Assembly: GCA_036507005.1 (NCBI GenBank) | Contig: DASXQT010000075.1 | Span: 37,178 to 101,177 of the forward strand | Direction of reading: 5' to 3' | DNA from: Candidatus Eiseniibacteriota bacterium | GTDB lineage: Bacteria; Eisenbacteria; RBG-16-71-46 | DNA: 64,000 nt | Shown: piece after piece, positions 1 to 10,805 of the stretch | How the letters are laid out: every line of letters begins with the position of its first letter | How positions within the stretch are numbered: the first letter of the stretch is position 1 | Position numbers and translations under genes: made by a program | Notes under the pieces: model-generated | Databases searched by the model: none | What the model saw: only the letters and a program-made list of their open reading frames with translations | Told to the model about the DNA's origin: nothing

Positions 1-197
1 AGGCGCGGGAGGCTCTGCTGCGCGCGATCGCCGGGCGCGGCGCGTTCCGCTACTTCAAGGACGTGCTTCACGACCGCGGCATGACGGACGCCTGGTACGC
101 GTTCCGCCACAAGGCCCTGGAAGAGATCGCGGCCGCCTGGCTCGACGAGAACGGGATCGCCTACACCCGCGAGAGCCCGTCCCCCGGCGGGGCGTGA
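1..197 (+). CDS. C-terminal fragment of a hypothetical protein (5' end outside window)
   Basis: Open frame from the window edge to TGA at 195-197; translation ...EALLRAIAGRGAFRYFKDVLHDRGMTDAWYAFRHKALEEIAAAWLDENGIAYTRESPSPGGA. No family recognised. Confidence 0.4.
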   Translation, partial: AREALLRAIAGRGAFRYFKDVLHDRGMTDAWYAFRHKALEEIAAAWLDENGIAYTRESPSPGGA

Positions 198-988
198 GCC
201 CCCGCATGGCGCTGCTCGAAGTCGTCCGCGACGGCCCGGTCGCGCGCGCCTGGCTCAACCGCCCCGAGCAGCACAACGCGCTCTCGTCGGATCTGCTCGG
301 CGCGATCACCGAGGCGTTCCACGCGCTGGCCCACGAGGACGCGGTGCGCGTGGTGGTGCTGGGCGGGCGCGGGCCTTCGTTCTGCGCGGGCGCCGACATC
401 GCGACGATGAAGGCCTCGGCCAACGCCTCGTTCGACCAGAACCTCGCCGAGGCGAAGCGGCTCGCCGGCCTGTTCGCCGCGATCGCGGACTTCCCCAAGC
501 CGGTCGTGGCGCGGGTGCACGGCAACGTGCTGGGCGGCGGCATGGGCCTGGTATGCGCCTGCGACATCGTGGTGGCTGCGGACGACGCGCGCTTCGGGCT
601 CACCGAAGTGCGGCTCGGGATCCTGCCCGCGATCATCAGCCCCTACGTGATCCGCCGCCTGGGCGACGCGCGGGCGCGCGAGCTGATGCTCACCGGCGAG
701 CGCTTCGACGCCGCGACCGCGCTGCGCCTCCACCTCGTGCACCACGTGGAGCCCGCCGCGGGGCTCGACTCCCGGGTGGAGGAGCGCGTTCAGGCGCTGC
801 TCGCCGGGGCGCCGCACGCGCAACAGCGCGTCAAGATGCTGCTCGAGCTGTGGGGCGAGGTGAGCTGGGAGGAGTACCGGTCCGCGCTCCCGCGCACGCT
901 CGCCGAGGTGCGCTCCGGTGAGGAGGCGCGCGACGGGCTCGCCGCGTTCTTCGAGAAGCGCAAGCCGCGCTGGCAGGCGGGCGGCTGA
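194..988 (+). CDS. enoyl-CoA hydratase/isomerase (crotonase) family protein
   Basis: 264-aa ORF. Crotonase-fold motifs are present (VVVLGGRGPSFCAGADI, oxyanion-hole GGGMGLVCACDIVVAA, LTGERFDAATA). Start could be ATG 194 or 206. Lies next to a biotin carboxylase, as in methylglutaconyl-CoA hydratase / MCC loci. Confidence 0.85.
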   Translation: MSPRMALLEVVRDGPVARAWLNRPEQHNALSSDLLGAITEAFHALAHEDAVRVVVLGGRGPSFCAGADIATMKASANASFDQNLAEAKRLAGLFAAIADFPKPVVARVHGNVLGGGMGLVCACDIVVAADDARFGLTEVRLGILPAIISPYVIRRLGDARARELMLTGERFDAATALRLHLVHHVEPAAGLDSRVEERVQALLAGAPHAQQRVKMLLELWGEVSWEEYRSALPRTLAEVRSGEEARDGLAAFFEKRKPRWQAGG

Positions 989-1037
989 TGGGACGCTCGC
1001 CGGCGCCGCGAGCAGGCCCGAGGGCGGGCCTCACGCG

Positions 1038-2551
<1,514 letters not shown>

Positions 2552-2552
<1 letters not shown>

Positions 2553-3067
2553 TGCGCCTCGCCTTCCGCGATCGCGACCGCGTGCGCGAGGTCGAGGTCG
2601 CCCCGCTCGCACCGGGGAGATTCCGCGTCGTCCTGGACGGCGCTCCGGTCGAGATCGGCGTCGAGGACCTGGGCGGCGGCCGCCTGCGCATCCACACGCC
2701 GCAGGGCGCGGTGCTCGCCGAGGTGACGGCGGCGGGCAGCGCGCGCTTCGTGCGCGTCCACGGCATGGACTTCGTGCTGGAGCGCGAGGTCTCGGCGCGC
2801 CCGCGCGCGCGCGGGCGGGGTACCCACGCGAAGCGTGGGTCCGGCGGCCTCGAGGCGCCGATGCCGGGCGTGGTGACACGCGTGCTGGTGCAGGCCGGCG
2901 AGGCGGTCCGCCAGGGCCAGCCGTTGGTGGCGATCGAGGCGATGAAGATGGAGCACGTGCTGCGCGCGCCGCGCGATGGAAAGGTGCGCGCGGTCGCGGC
3001 GCGCAAGGGCGAGATGGTCGCGGGCGGCACGGCGCTGGTCGAGCTGGAGGAGACGGAGGGGTCTTGA
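2552..3067 (+). CDS. biotinyl/lipoyl carrier domain protein (BT-like linker plus BCCP with AMKM motif)
   Basis: GTG 2552 overlaps the BC stop as TAGTG. The 171-aa product ends ...GQPLVAIEAMKMEHVLRAPRDGKV, with the biotin-attachment lysine in EAMKM. It corresponds to the C-terminal half of a PCC/MCC-type alpha subunit, encoded in a different frame. Confidence 0.75.
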
Positions 3068-5439
3068 GCGGCGGGCCCGCGCCGGGACCGAAGCCACCGC
3101 CCGCGCCGGGAGCGCCGCGCGCCGGCGCCGTGAAGCCCGCGGGTGCCCCCGCCACCGGCGCCGCGGGCGATGGCGCGCGGCTTCGCGCCGCCGCGCTCGC
3201 CGCGGCGCTCGCGATCGCGCTCGGGCTCCGTCTCTGGAAGATCGGCCACGGGCTTCCCGACTTCCTCGACGAGGCGCTTCCGTTCCGCTGGGCGCTCGCG
3301 ATGTGGGACGATCCCGCGGGGCGCATCGACTGGAACCCGCACCTCTTCCACCACCCGTCGCTCGCCACCTACCTCCATCTCTTCGTCCAGTTCGCGCACT
3401 ACGGTCTCGGCCGCGTGCTCGGCCGCTACCACGGCCCGGCCGACTTCCACCTCGCCTTCCTCGTGGATCCGACGCCGATGGCGCTCGCGGCGCGCTCGGT
3501 CGGCGTCCTCGCCGACCTCGCGACCGTGGTGCTGGTGGCGCGCATCGGCGAGCGCCTGAGAAGCGGTGCCGGCTCGCTCGCCGCGCTCCTGACCGCGTGC
3601 TCGCCCACGCTCATCGTCGCCGCGCGCTCGATCTGCTCCGACACGGTGATGGCCACGCTCGCGATCGCGGCGGTGGAGCGCATGCTGGCGTACCGCGAGC
3701 GCGGCGGCACCGGCCGGCTCGTGGCCGCGGCGGCGCTCGCCGGGCTCACCGCCTCCGCCAAGTACCCGGCCGCGGCGCTGCTCGCGCCGCTCGCCCTCGC
3801 GCTGTGGCTCCGGGGCGGGGCGCGCGCTCTCCGGCTCTGGCCGCCCGCGGCCGCGATCGCCGCCGCGGCGTTCCTCGTCACCACGCCGTTCGCCGCGCTG
3901 GATTTCGCCACCTTCCGCCGCGACCTCGGGTTCGTCCGCGGGCTCGCGCAGGAGGGCCACCTCGGAAACCTGGCCGAGAGCGGATTCCTCTTCCATCTCC
4001 GCAACCTCGCGCGCGATCTCTCGTGGGCCGACGTCGCGCTGCTGCCGGTGTCGCTGGCGTGGACCGCGCGCCGCCTGCGCGCGCGCCAGGGCGAGGCGAT
4101 CCTGTGGCTCGCGCTGCTGGCGTTCGGTCTCCCGATCGCGCTCGCCCGAGTCGAGGCGGAGCGCTATCTCGTGGCCGTCCTCCCGCTCGCCGCGCTGCTC
4201 GCGTCGGACATGGCCCTGGCGGCGGCGGGCCGGCTCCCGGCGCGCGCCCGCGCCGCGGGCTTGGCCGCGGCCGCCCTGGTGCTGGCGGTGCCGGCGCTCG
4301 CGGCGGGCCTGCGGGCCGCGGCGGCGGGCGGCGACGAGACCCGCATCGAGGCGCGGCGCTGGATCGAGAGCCACCTCGGCACCGGCGACCTCGTGGTGCA
4401 GGAGACCTACGGCGCGCCGCTGCTGCGGCACATGGAGTGGCTCACCGTGCGCAGCGGGCCGATGTACCGCGCGGCGAGCGCGGAGTGGCGGCGGCGCTAC
4501 GACGCGCGGCGCTGGCGCGCGAGCGTGACGCTCCCGCTCGAGGTGGTGGGCAGCCCCACCAACCGCGTGCAGCCCCGGTCCAGGCCGGCGGTCGAGATCC
4601 GGGTGGCGCCGCACGTCGCGGACCTGAACCAGGCGGCCTACGACCCGCGGCTCTTCCAGGGTGTCGACTGGTTCGTCACGAGCAGCGCCGTGCGCGGCCG
4701 CTTCGCTGCCGACCCCTTGCGCTACGCCGCGGAGAATCGCTTCTACGCCCTGCTCGATTCCGCCGCCGAGGACGTCGCCCGCCTCCGCCCGCGCGGCGCG
4801 GGTGGCGGTCCCGAGATCAGGTTCTATCGCCTCGGTCCGCGCGCCCAGCGCGCGCTCGCGGCCTCAGGCCCGCTCGATCCGCTGTGGTGGGCGGAGACGA
4901 TCCCCGCCGCCTATCGCGAGGAGGCGGAGCGGCTGCTCGAGCCGGCTGAGCCGGGGGCGGCGGGGGCGCGACTCGCTCCGGAGCGAGCGGGCTCGCCTCC
5001 GGGCGCCACCGCGGTGCGCCGCGCGGACGGATCGCCCGCGGCGTGGGTGACGAGCCTGCGCCCCATCTATCGCTTCCAGTTCTCGGAGTTCGCGGTTGCG
5101 ATGGGCGCCGAGCTCGCCGAACGCGGCCGGTTGGCGGAGGCCCGCCGCTTCGCCGAGGCCACGCTGCTCATGACGGCGGACGACATCCAGGCCTGCGTGC
5201 TCCACGCCCTGTGCTCCGAGCGGCTGGGCGAGTGGGACGCCGCCGAGCGCGTGACCGTGCGCACGCTGGCGGTGCTCGACGCGGAGGGCGACACCTCACC
5301 GACGCTGCGCCTCCAGCTCGCGGAAATCCTCGCGCATCGCGGGGACCGCGCGGGCGCGCGCCGCGAGCTCGAGACGGTCGCGGCCGCGGGAGGCGAGATC
5401 GCCGCCGAGGCGCGGCGGAGGCTCGAGACCCTGCGCTGA
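3064..5439 (+). CDS. GT39/ArnT/PMT-like membrane glycosyltransferase with C-terminal TPR region
   Basis: 791 aa. TTG start overlaps the BCCP stop as TTGA. The N-terminal multi-TM region has the ArnT/PMT-like signature (early DE motif FLDEALPF, many TM helices). The C-terminus has TPR-like repeats (LAEARRFAEATLLMTADDIQA...). Confidence 0.7.
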   Translation: MSGGPAPGPKPPPAPGAPRAGAVKPAGAPATGAAGDGARLRAAALAAALAIALGLRLWKIGHGLPDFLDEALPFRWALAMWDDPAGRIDWNPHLFHHPSLATYLHLFVQFAHYGLGRVLGRYHGPADFHLAFLVDPTPMALAARSVGVLADLATVVLVARIGERLRSGAGSLAALLTACSPTLIVAARSICSDTVMATLAIAAVERMLAYRERGGTGRLVAAAALAGLTASAKYPAAALLAPLALALWLRGGARALRLWPPAAAIAAAAFLVTTPFAALDFATFRRDLGFVRGLAQEGHLGNLAESGFLFHLRNLARDLSWADVALLPVSLAWTARRLRARQGEAILWLALLAFGLPIALARVEAERYLVAVLPLAALLASDMALAAAGRLPARARAAGLAAAALVLAVPALAAGLRAAAAGGDETRIEARRWIESHLGTGDLVVQETYGAPLLRHMEWLTVRSGPMYRAASAEWRRRYDARRWRASVTLPLEVVGSPTNRVQPRSRPAVEIRVAPHVADLNQAAYDPRLFQGVDWFVTSSAVRGRFAADPLRYAAENRFYALLDSAAEDVARLRPRGAGGGPEIRFYRLGPRAQRALAASGPLDPLWWAETIPAAYREEAERLLEPAEPGAAGARLAPERAGSPPGATAVRRADGSPAAWVTSLRPIYRFQFSEFAVAMGAELAERGRLAEARRFAEATLLMTADDIQACVLHALCSERLGEWDAAERVTVRTLAVLDAEGDTSPTLRLQLAEILAHRGDRAGARRELETVAAAGGEIAAEARRRLETLR

Positions 5440-5482
5440 GCGCGGCGCGCGGCCGGCGCGGGGCGGCTCCCGCCCGCCCGCG

Positions 5483-5815
5483 TCAGGAAGGGATCGCCCG
5501 GCGCGACGAGCGCGCCGGCCTGCGGGACTCCCCGAGCGTGCGCTCGATGGTATGAAGCTGCATGGCCTGCTCGGCCACGAGAGCGCGCAGTCGCGCGTTC
5601 TCCTCGCGCAGCCGCCCCATGAGCGCCCGATCGAGCGGCTTCGTCCCCGCGAGCCGGGCCTTCCAGCGGAAGTAGGTCCGGCGGCTGATCCCGTGCGCCC
5701 GCAGGAAATCAGACCGGTCCACGGCCATCTCGATCTCGCGGAGCAGGGCGACGATCTGCTCCGGGGTGCGTCGCGGCCTCTTCAAGGTCGGACCGGCTCC
5801 TCCGGCCCGGGGCAT
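5483..5815 (-). mobile_element. isolated IS3-family transposase OrfA-like HTH protein (IS remnant, no OrfB/DDE partner)
   Basis: 111-aa minus-strand ORF from ATG 5815: MPRAGGAGPTLKRPRRTPEQIVALLREIEMAVDRSDFLRAHGISRRTYFRWKARL...LREENARLRALVAEQAMQLHTIERTL. This is the typical IS3/IS911 OrfA helix-turn-helix plus leucine zipper. No integrase-core ORF follows. Confidence 0.55.
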
Positions 5816-6076
5816 GGGAATCTCCGCCGTCGCCTGTCCCGGTCGAGCGCCCCGGCTCCTCGTCCAGGTCGCGGCTGGCGGGGTGGTCGGCAGACGCCGC
5901 CGGGCGGGAATCGGCTCGGCACGTCGATTCCCACCCGATTCGGTCGTCTGATTCGCGCTCAATCTACACAAGTGCGGTTGAGCCGTTCTTGAGGCACCTC
6001 CGTAGCGGGTTGGGCCGCAGCGAGATCGCGGGCTTGAGCGGCGGCGCCCGCGGGGGGGACGCGGGCGCCGGGATGC

Positions 6077-6751
6077 CTACCGATAGAGCGCCTTGAGCAT
6101 GCCCCAGGTCGCGCGGGCGCTCGGGGTCGAGCAGACCACGTCGCTGTGGGCGGTGGAGAGAATCACCTCCTCGCCGGTGCCCAGGATCAGGTGCAGCGCG
6201 TTGACCGTGATGTCGATCGAGTTCGGCACCGTGATCTGCTCGTTGATGATCAGGGTCGCGACGTTCGCGATCACCACGGTCTGGTTGGGCTGGCCGGTCA
6301 CGGTGACGGAGCTGCCGCCAAAGGTCAGATCCGTGACCACGCTCGACCCGCTGGCCCCCGAGCAGTCGGCGTGCGAGTCGGCGCGCACCACGGAGGCCGT
6401 CACCTGGGCGGGCTGGCCCGGGAACGCCACCACGTTCTCCTGAGAAGCGGAGCTGTTGGCCACGCCGCTGCCGCCGCTGGTGCTCGCCGTGATGGTGTGC
6501 GAGCTGAGCGTGTTCTGGAGCTGGATGGTGAGCAGCGTCGCTGAGAGCGAGCCCCCCTGGGGGGGGAGGTCGCCGGTGTCGGCGAAGACCAGGATGTTGG
6601 GGCCGGGGTTGACCAGCTTGACTGTGGCGCCAGTCGCCCGGCCGCTGTAAGCGGTCGCGCCGGACGTGGACACCAGGCTGGCGAGCAGCAGCGCGGCCGC
6701 CACGCCCCCCGTGATGAGACGCTGCAGTGGAGTCGTACGAGTGTGCTTCAT
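6077..6751 (-). CDS. secreted hypothetical protein (signal peptide, Ser/Thr/Gly-rich beta-rich)
   Basis: 224 aa. RBS GGAGG 8 nt before ATG 6751. N-terminus MKHTRTTPLQRLITGGVAAALLLASLVSTSGATA reads as a Sec signal peptide. No conserved catalytic motif recognised. Confidence 0.6.
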   Translation of the reverse strand: MKHTRTTPLQRLITGGVAAALLLASLVSTSGATAYSGRATGATVKLVNPGPNILVFADTGDLPPQGGSLSATLLTIQLQNTLSSHTITASTSGGSGVANSSASQENVVAFPGQPAQVTASVVRADSHADCSGASGSSVVTDLTFGGSSVTVTGQPNQTVVIANVATLIINEQITVPNSIDITVNALHLILGTGEEVILSTAHSDVVCSTPSARATWGMLKALYR

Positions 6752-6842
6752 GGCCGAAACCTCCCTCGGCGCGCGGCGCCGGTGCGGGAACGGGGGATGT
6801 CTCGCTTCCTATATTGTAGCGCAGCGAGCGTCTCCCGGGGCG

Positions 6843-6872
6843 CTTGAGTGCCACTTGAGTGCCACTTGAGTC
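6843..6872. repeat. tandem 11-bp direct repeat (cttgagtgcca x2 plus cttgagtcc)
   Basis: Read directly in the sequence. Lies in the 615-bp non-coding divergent region between the minus-strand secreted-protein gene and ybeZ. Confidence 0.6.
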
Positions 6873-7293
6873 CGGTCCGCCCGGGGCCGGCTCGCGCACG
6901 GCGATCGCGTTGCTGGATCGCGAATTGGCACAGGCAAACCGAATTGCTGGATCCGCACGGCGCCGTCGCGACATGTGCCGCGGAAGTGTCACTAGAGCGG
7001 CGCTACATCGAGGCCCGGGGGCGCCGATTCGGCGCGGGCGCCGGGCCCCTGCGGGGCACCGGCGGTCGCCCTCAACCGCCCGCGCGGGGGCGCCGATAAC
7101 CCCCGCGGAGGCAGGGTTCGGCGCAATCATCGCCCACAAATTGACGGTGGGCATGGCCTGTGCTAGCTTGAGTTCGCCGTTGGGGATCGAGGCGGTGAGC
7201 ATGCCGAGCCCGCGATCACGCAACGGGAGAGCAAGTCTCTGGACCCTATCGGGTTGAACCAAAAACCACCAGCCGTCACGCCAGTCGCTCATG

Positions 7294-7344
7294 CTCTTGA
7301 CCTGGCCCTTCCCGGGGCCCCCACGGTCAAGAGTTTTGCGTTTT
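7294..7344 (+). terminator. hairpin plus T-tract (intrinsic-terminator/attenuator-like) 23 nt upstream of the ybeZ start
   Basis: Perfect 9-bp inverted repeat CTCTTGACC ... GGTCAAGAG (7294-7302 and 7325-7333) with a 22-nt GC-rich loop, followed by TTTTGCGTTTT (7334-7344). Confidence 0.35.
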
Positions 7345-7366
7345 ACCCGGCCGCGAGGTTGCTCCC

Positions 7367-8458
7367 TTGATCGTTCGAAAGTTCCCGGTCGAACACGTCG
7401 AGCCGGTGTCGCTGCTCGGCCAGAACGACGCCAACCTCCGGCAGATCGAGCGCGCGCTCCCGGTGCGCATCACGCTCCGCGACGGGACCATCACCGTGGC
7501 GGGCGAGGACGAGGCGGTGAACTCCGCCGCGCGCGCCCTGCGCGAGCTGCTCGACCTGGCCGAGCGCGGCAAGGTGATCGAGGAGGCGGACGTCATGACC
7601 GCGCTCGGCCAGTCGCGCCGCAACGGCAACGCCCCGCGACTCGCGGACGCCTACGAGGGCGCGCCCGGCTACAGCTTCGACCGCAAGGGCGTGCGCGCCC
7701 GCACCCCGACCCAGGCCGAGTACCTGAAGGCCCTCGAGGAGCACGACGTGGTGTTCGCGATCGGCCCGGCCGGCACCGGCAAGACGTATCTCGCGGTGGC
7801 GGCCGCGGTGAACGCGCTGCGCACCCGCAAGGTGGACCGCATCGTGCTCGTGCGCCCCGCCGTCGAGGCGGGCGAGAGCCTGGGCTTCCTGCCCGGCGAC
7901 ATGCAGGAGAAGGTGGATCCCTACCTGCGCCCGATGTACGACGCGCTCTCCGACCTGATGTCGTTCGACAAGATGCGCCGCTACATCGAGCTGGGCGTGA
8001 TCGAGATCGCGCCGCTCGCCTTCATGCGCGGGCGCACGCTCCACAACTCGTACGTGATCCTCGACGAGGCCCAGAACACCACGGTGCGCCAGATGAAGAT
8101 GTTCCTCACCCGCATGGGCGTGAACTCGCGCGCCGTGATCACCGGCGACGTCACGCAGATCGACCTGCGCGATCCCGACAGCTCGGGGCTGGTGAAGATC
8201 CAGACCATCCTCTCGGGTGTGCCGGGCGTGCAGTTCGTCTACTTCCACCCCGAGGACGTGGTGCGCCACCGCCTGGTGCGCGAGATCATCCGCGCCTTCG
8301 AGGCCTTCCACGCCCGCCAGAACGGCAAGGTCGAGGACGGCGTGGGCACCGCGCTCGATCCCCGCGAGGCGGAGGACGCCGCCGAGCCGACGCGCGCCGA
8401 ACCGCAGCCTCCCGGGGCCGCGGAAGGCGGCGAGACCGGGCGCGGACCCTCGATCTGA
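7367..8458 (+). CDS. ybeZ: PhoH-like ATPase (YbeZ family)
   Basis: 363 aa, TTG start. Walker A VVFAIGPAGTGKTYLAVAAAV and the PhoH signature VILDEAQNTT. Conserved operon partner of the 7TM-HD protein and ybeY. Confidence 0.9.
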   Translation: MIVRKFPVEHVEPVSLLGQNDANLRQIERALPVRITLRDGTITVAGEDEAVNSAARALRELLDLAERGKVIEEADVMTALGQSRRNGNAPRLADAYEGAPGYSFDRKGVRARTPTQAEYLKALEEHDVVFAIGPAGTGKTYLAVAAAVNALRTRKVDRIVLVRPAVEAGESLGFLPGDMQEKVDPYLRPMYDALSDLMSFDKMRRYIELGVIEIAPLAFMRGRTLHNSYVILDEAQNTTVRQMKMFLTRMGVNSRAVITGDVTQIDLRDPDSSGLVKIQTILSGVPGVQFVYFHPEDVVRHRLVREIIRAFEAFHARQNGKVEDGVGTALDPREAEDAAEPTRAEPQPPGAAEGGETGRGPSI

Positions 8459-8488
8459 TCCGGCCCGCGCCGGATCGCCCCTGACGCC

Positions 8489-10714
8489 ATGACCGAAACG
8501 GACGTCGCCCCGCTGCCCGCCCTGCCCGATCGCGCGCGATCGGTGCGTTGGGGCTACTACGCGGTTCGCGCCCTGCTCGTAATCGTGCTGCTCGCGCTCG
8601 CGGGCGCGCTGCCGCGCGGCCCGCGCACCCCCGAGCGCTACCGCTACCGCGAGGGGGAGATCGCGCGCGAGCGCGTGGTCGCGCCCTACGACTTCCGGGT
8701 CGAGAAGGACGAGCCCACGCTGCGCCGCGAGCAGCAGCAGGCGGCGGCCGCCGTGCCTCCGGTGTTCATGGTGGACGCGCGCGCCTCTTCCGAGATGCTG
8801 AGCCGCTTCGCCGCGTTCCAGCAGCAGGCGCTCGCCGCGGTGCTCGACTCCGCGCTTCCGCCCGCCGGGCGCGCGGCGCGGCTCGGGGCGCTGGGCGTCC
8901 CGCTCACCGAGGAGAGCGCGGCGGCGCTCGCGGCCCCCGGCCGCGCGCGGCGCACCCTCGAGCTGCTCGGCGAGTGGCTGCGGGCGGTGTACGAGTCCGG
9001 CATCGTGGTCGAGAAGCGCGGCGACCAGCTTCTCGGCTACGACACCGTGAACGTGCGCGAGGGCGAGCGTGAGACACCGCGCACGGCGAGCGGGCTCTAC
9101 GACCGGCGCGAGGCGCTGGCCTTCATCGAGCGCCGCGCGCACAGCGCGTTCTCCGGCGACGCGCAGGGCCAGAAGCTGGTGGGCGAGATGGCCGCGCCCT
9201 TCGTCCAGCCCAGCGTGCTCTACGACCGCGCCGAGACCGAATGGCGGCGGGTGCAGGCCCAGTCCCAGGTGCCGGCCACCATCGGGTTCGTGCAGAAGGA
9301 CGAGCTGCTGGTGGACGCGAACCAGCGGGTCACGCACGATGCGCTGCTCAGGCTGCGCTCGCTGCGCAACCTCGAGGAGGCCCGCCGCGGGCGCAGCGAT
9401 CACCTCTACCCGCCGCTCGCGCGCATGCTGCTCATCCTGCTCTTCATCGCCGTGTTCTCGAGCTACCTGCGCATGGAGCTGCCGGGCGTCTACCGCGACA
9501 ACGCCATGCTCGCCATGTTCACCCTGCTCACCGCGGTGGTGATGGTGGTGAGCGAGGCTCTGGTGGGCGTGCTCGGGGTCTCCGAGTTCACGGTGCCGCT
9601 GGCGCTCGCGCCCCTGGTGGTGGCCTCGCTGCTCGAGAAGCGGCCGGCGCTGGTGTTCACGCTGGTGCTCGCGGTCGCGGTCTCCGCCGTGGGCGAGATG
9701 CACGCGCCGTTCGCTCCGGTCGCGGCGCTGAGCGGCGTGACCGCCGTGTACTCGGTGTCGCGCCTGCGCCACCGCTGGCACTTCGCGCGCGCCACGCTCA
9801 CCATCGCCGGCGCCACGCTCGCTGCCATCCTGGCCTGGGACCTGGCGCGGGCGGTGCCGCTCTCCACCCTGGCGCGCGACGCGCTGTGGGGCGGGCTCAA
9901 CAGCTTCCTCTCGGTGTCGATCGCGTTCCTGCTGCTGCCGCCGGTCGAGCACCTCTTCGGCCTCACCTCCGACATCACGCTGCTCGAGCTGTCCGACCTC
10001 AACCGCCCGCTCCTCAAGCGCCTGCAGCTCGAGGTGCCCGGCACCTACCACCACAGCATGGTGGTGGGGAGCCTGGCCGAGGCCGCGGCCGAGGCGCTGG
10101 GCGCCAACTCGCTGCTGGCGCGGGTGTCGGCCTACTACCACGACATCGGCAAGCTCTCGAAGCCCGAGTACTTCGCCGAGAACGAGCCGGTCTCCTCGCG
10201 CAGCCGCCACGAGAAGCTCGCGCCCAGCATGAGCGCGCTGGTGGTGCGCTCGCACATCAGCGAGGGCCTGGAGCTGGCGCGCAAGGAGCGCCTGCCCCGC
10301 GCGGTGCAGAACGCGATCCCCGAGCACCACGGCACCATGGTGATGGCGTTCTTCTACGTGAAGGCGCAGGAGCTTGACGCCGCCGTGCGCCGCGAGGACT
10401 ACTGCTACCCCGGCCCCAAGCCGCGCTCGCGCGAGACCGCGATCCTGATGCTCGCCGACGGCGTCGAGGGCGCCTCGCGCGCGCTCGCCGAGCCCACGCC
10501 GAGCCGCATCCGCGGCCTCGTCACGCGCATCATCGAGGAGCGCGTGCAGGAGGGCCAGCTCGACGACTGCGGGCTCACGCTCCAGGAGCTGGCCAAGATC
10601 CGCGAGGCCTTCATCCCGGTGCTGACCGCGATCTTCCACGTGCGCGCGCCCTACCCCGAAGATCCGCGCAAGCGCGCGCGCGCCGACGCCGAGGCGCGCC
10701 GCGAGCCCTCGTAG
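8489..10714 (+). CDS. pgpH: 7TM receptor with intracellular HD hydrolase (PgpH/YqfF family, HDIG domain)
   Basis: 741 aa. Multi-TM central region followed by the HD domain HHSMVVGSLAEAAAEALGANSLLARVSAYYHDIGK. Confidence 0.85.
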   Translation: MTETDVAPLPALPDRARSVRWGYYAVRALLVIVLLALAGALPRGPRTPERYRYREGEIARERVVAPYDFRVEKDEPTLRREQQQAAAAVPPVFMVDARASSEMLSRFAAFQQQALAAVLDSALPPAGRAARLGALGVPLTEESAAALAAPGRARRTLELLGEWLRAVYESGIVVEKRGDQLLGYDTVNVREGERETPRTASGLYDRREALAFIERRAHSAFSGDAQGQKLVGEMAAPFVQPSVLYDRAETEWRRVQAQSQVPATIGFVQKDELLVDANQRVTHDALLRLRSLRNLEEARRGRSDHLYPPLARMLLILLFIAVFSSYLRMELPGVYRDNAMLAMFTLLTAVVMVVSEALVGVLGVSEFTVPLALAPLVVASLLEKRPALVFTLVLAVAVSAVGEMHAPFAPVAALSGVTAVYSVSRLRHRWHFARATLTIAGATLAAILAWDLARAVPLSTLARDALWGGLNSFLSVSIAFLLLPPVEHLFGLTSDITLLELSDLNRPLLKRLQLEVPGTYHHSMVVGSLAEAAAEALGANSLLARVSAYYHDIGKLSKPEYFAENEPVSSRSRHEKLAPSMSALVVRSHISEGLELARKERLPRAVQNAIPEHHGTMVMAFFYVKAQELDAAVRREDYCYPGPKPRSRETAILMLADGVEGASRALAEPTPSRIRGLVTRIIEERVQEGQLDDCGLTLQELAKIREAFIPVLTAIFHVRAPYPEDPRKRARADAEARREPS

Positions 10715-10805
10715 TCGGGCCCGGCCGCCGGGTGCGCCGCGCGCGCGCAGCACGATCACGCTGAAGGCGCCGCGCGGGCTCGCGGGGCTCGCCCCGCCGC
10801 TGCGG

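Noticed and set aside
5552-5992. + strand 146-aa ORF overlapping the IS OrfA remnant
   Set aside because: Shadow ORF of the minus-strand HTH gene. No RBS and a junk composition.
6843-6872. CRISPR array check on the tandem repeats here and at 19310-19385 and 30405-30640
   Set aside because: The units are 11 bp or are nested coding repeats, with no unique spacers of 25-40 bp and no cas genes in the window.
6927-6948. Possible sigma-54 promoter (TGGCAC ... TTGC)
   Set aside because: The spacing between the TGGCAC and TTGC elements is 12 nt rather than the required 5 nt (GG-N10-GC), so it does not fit the -24/-12 consensus.
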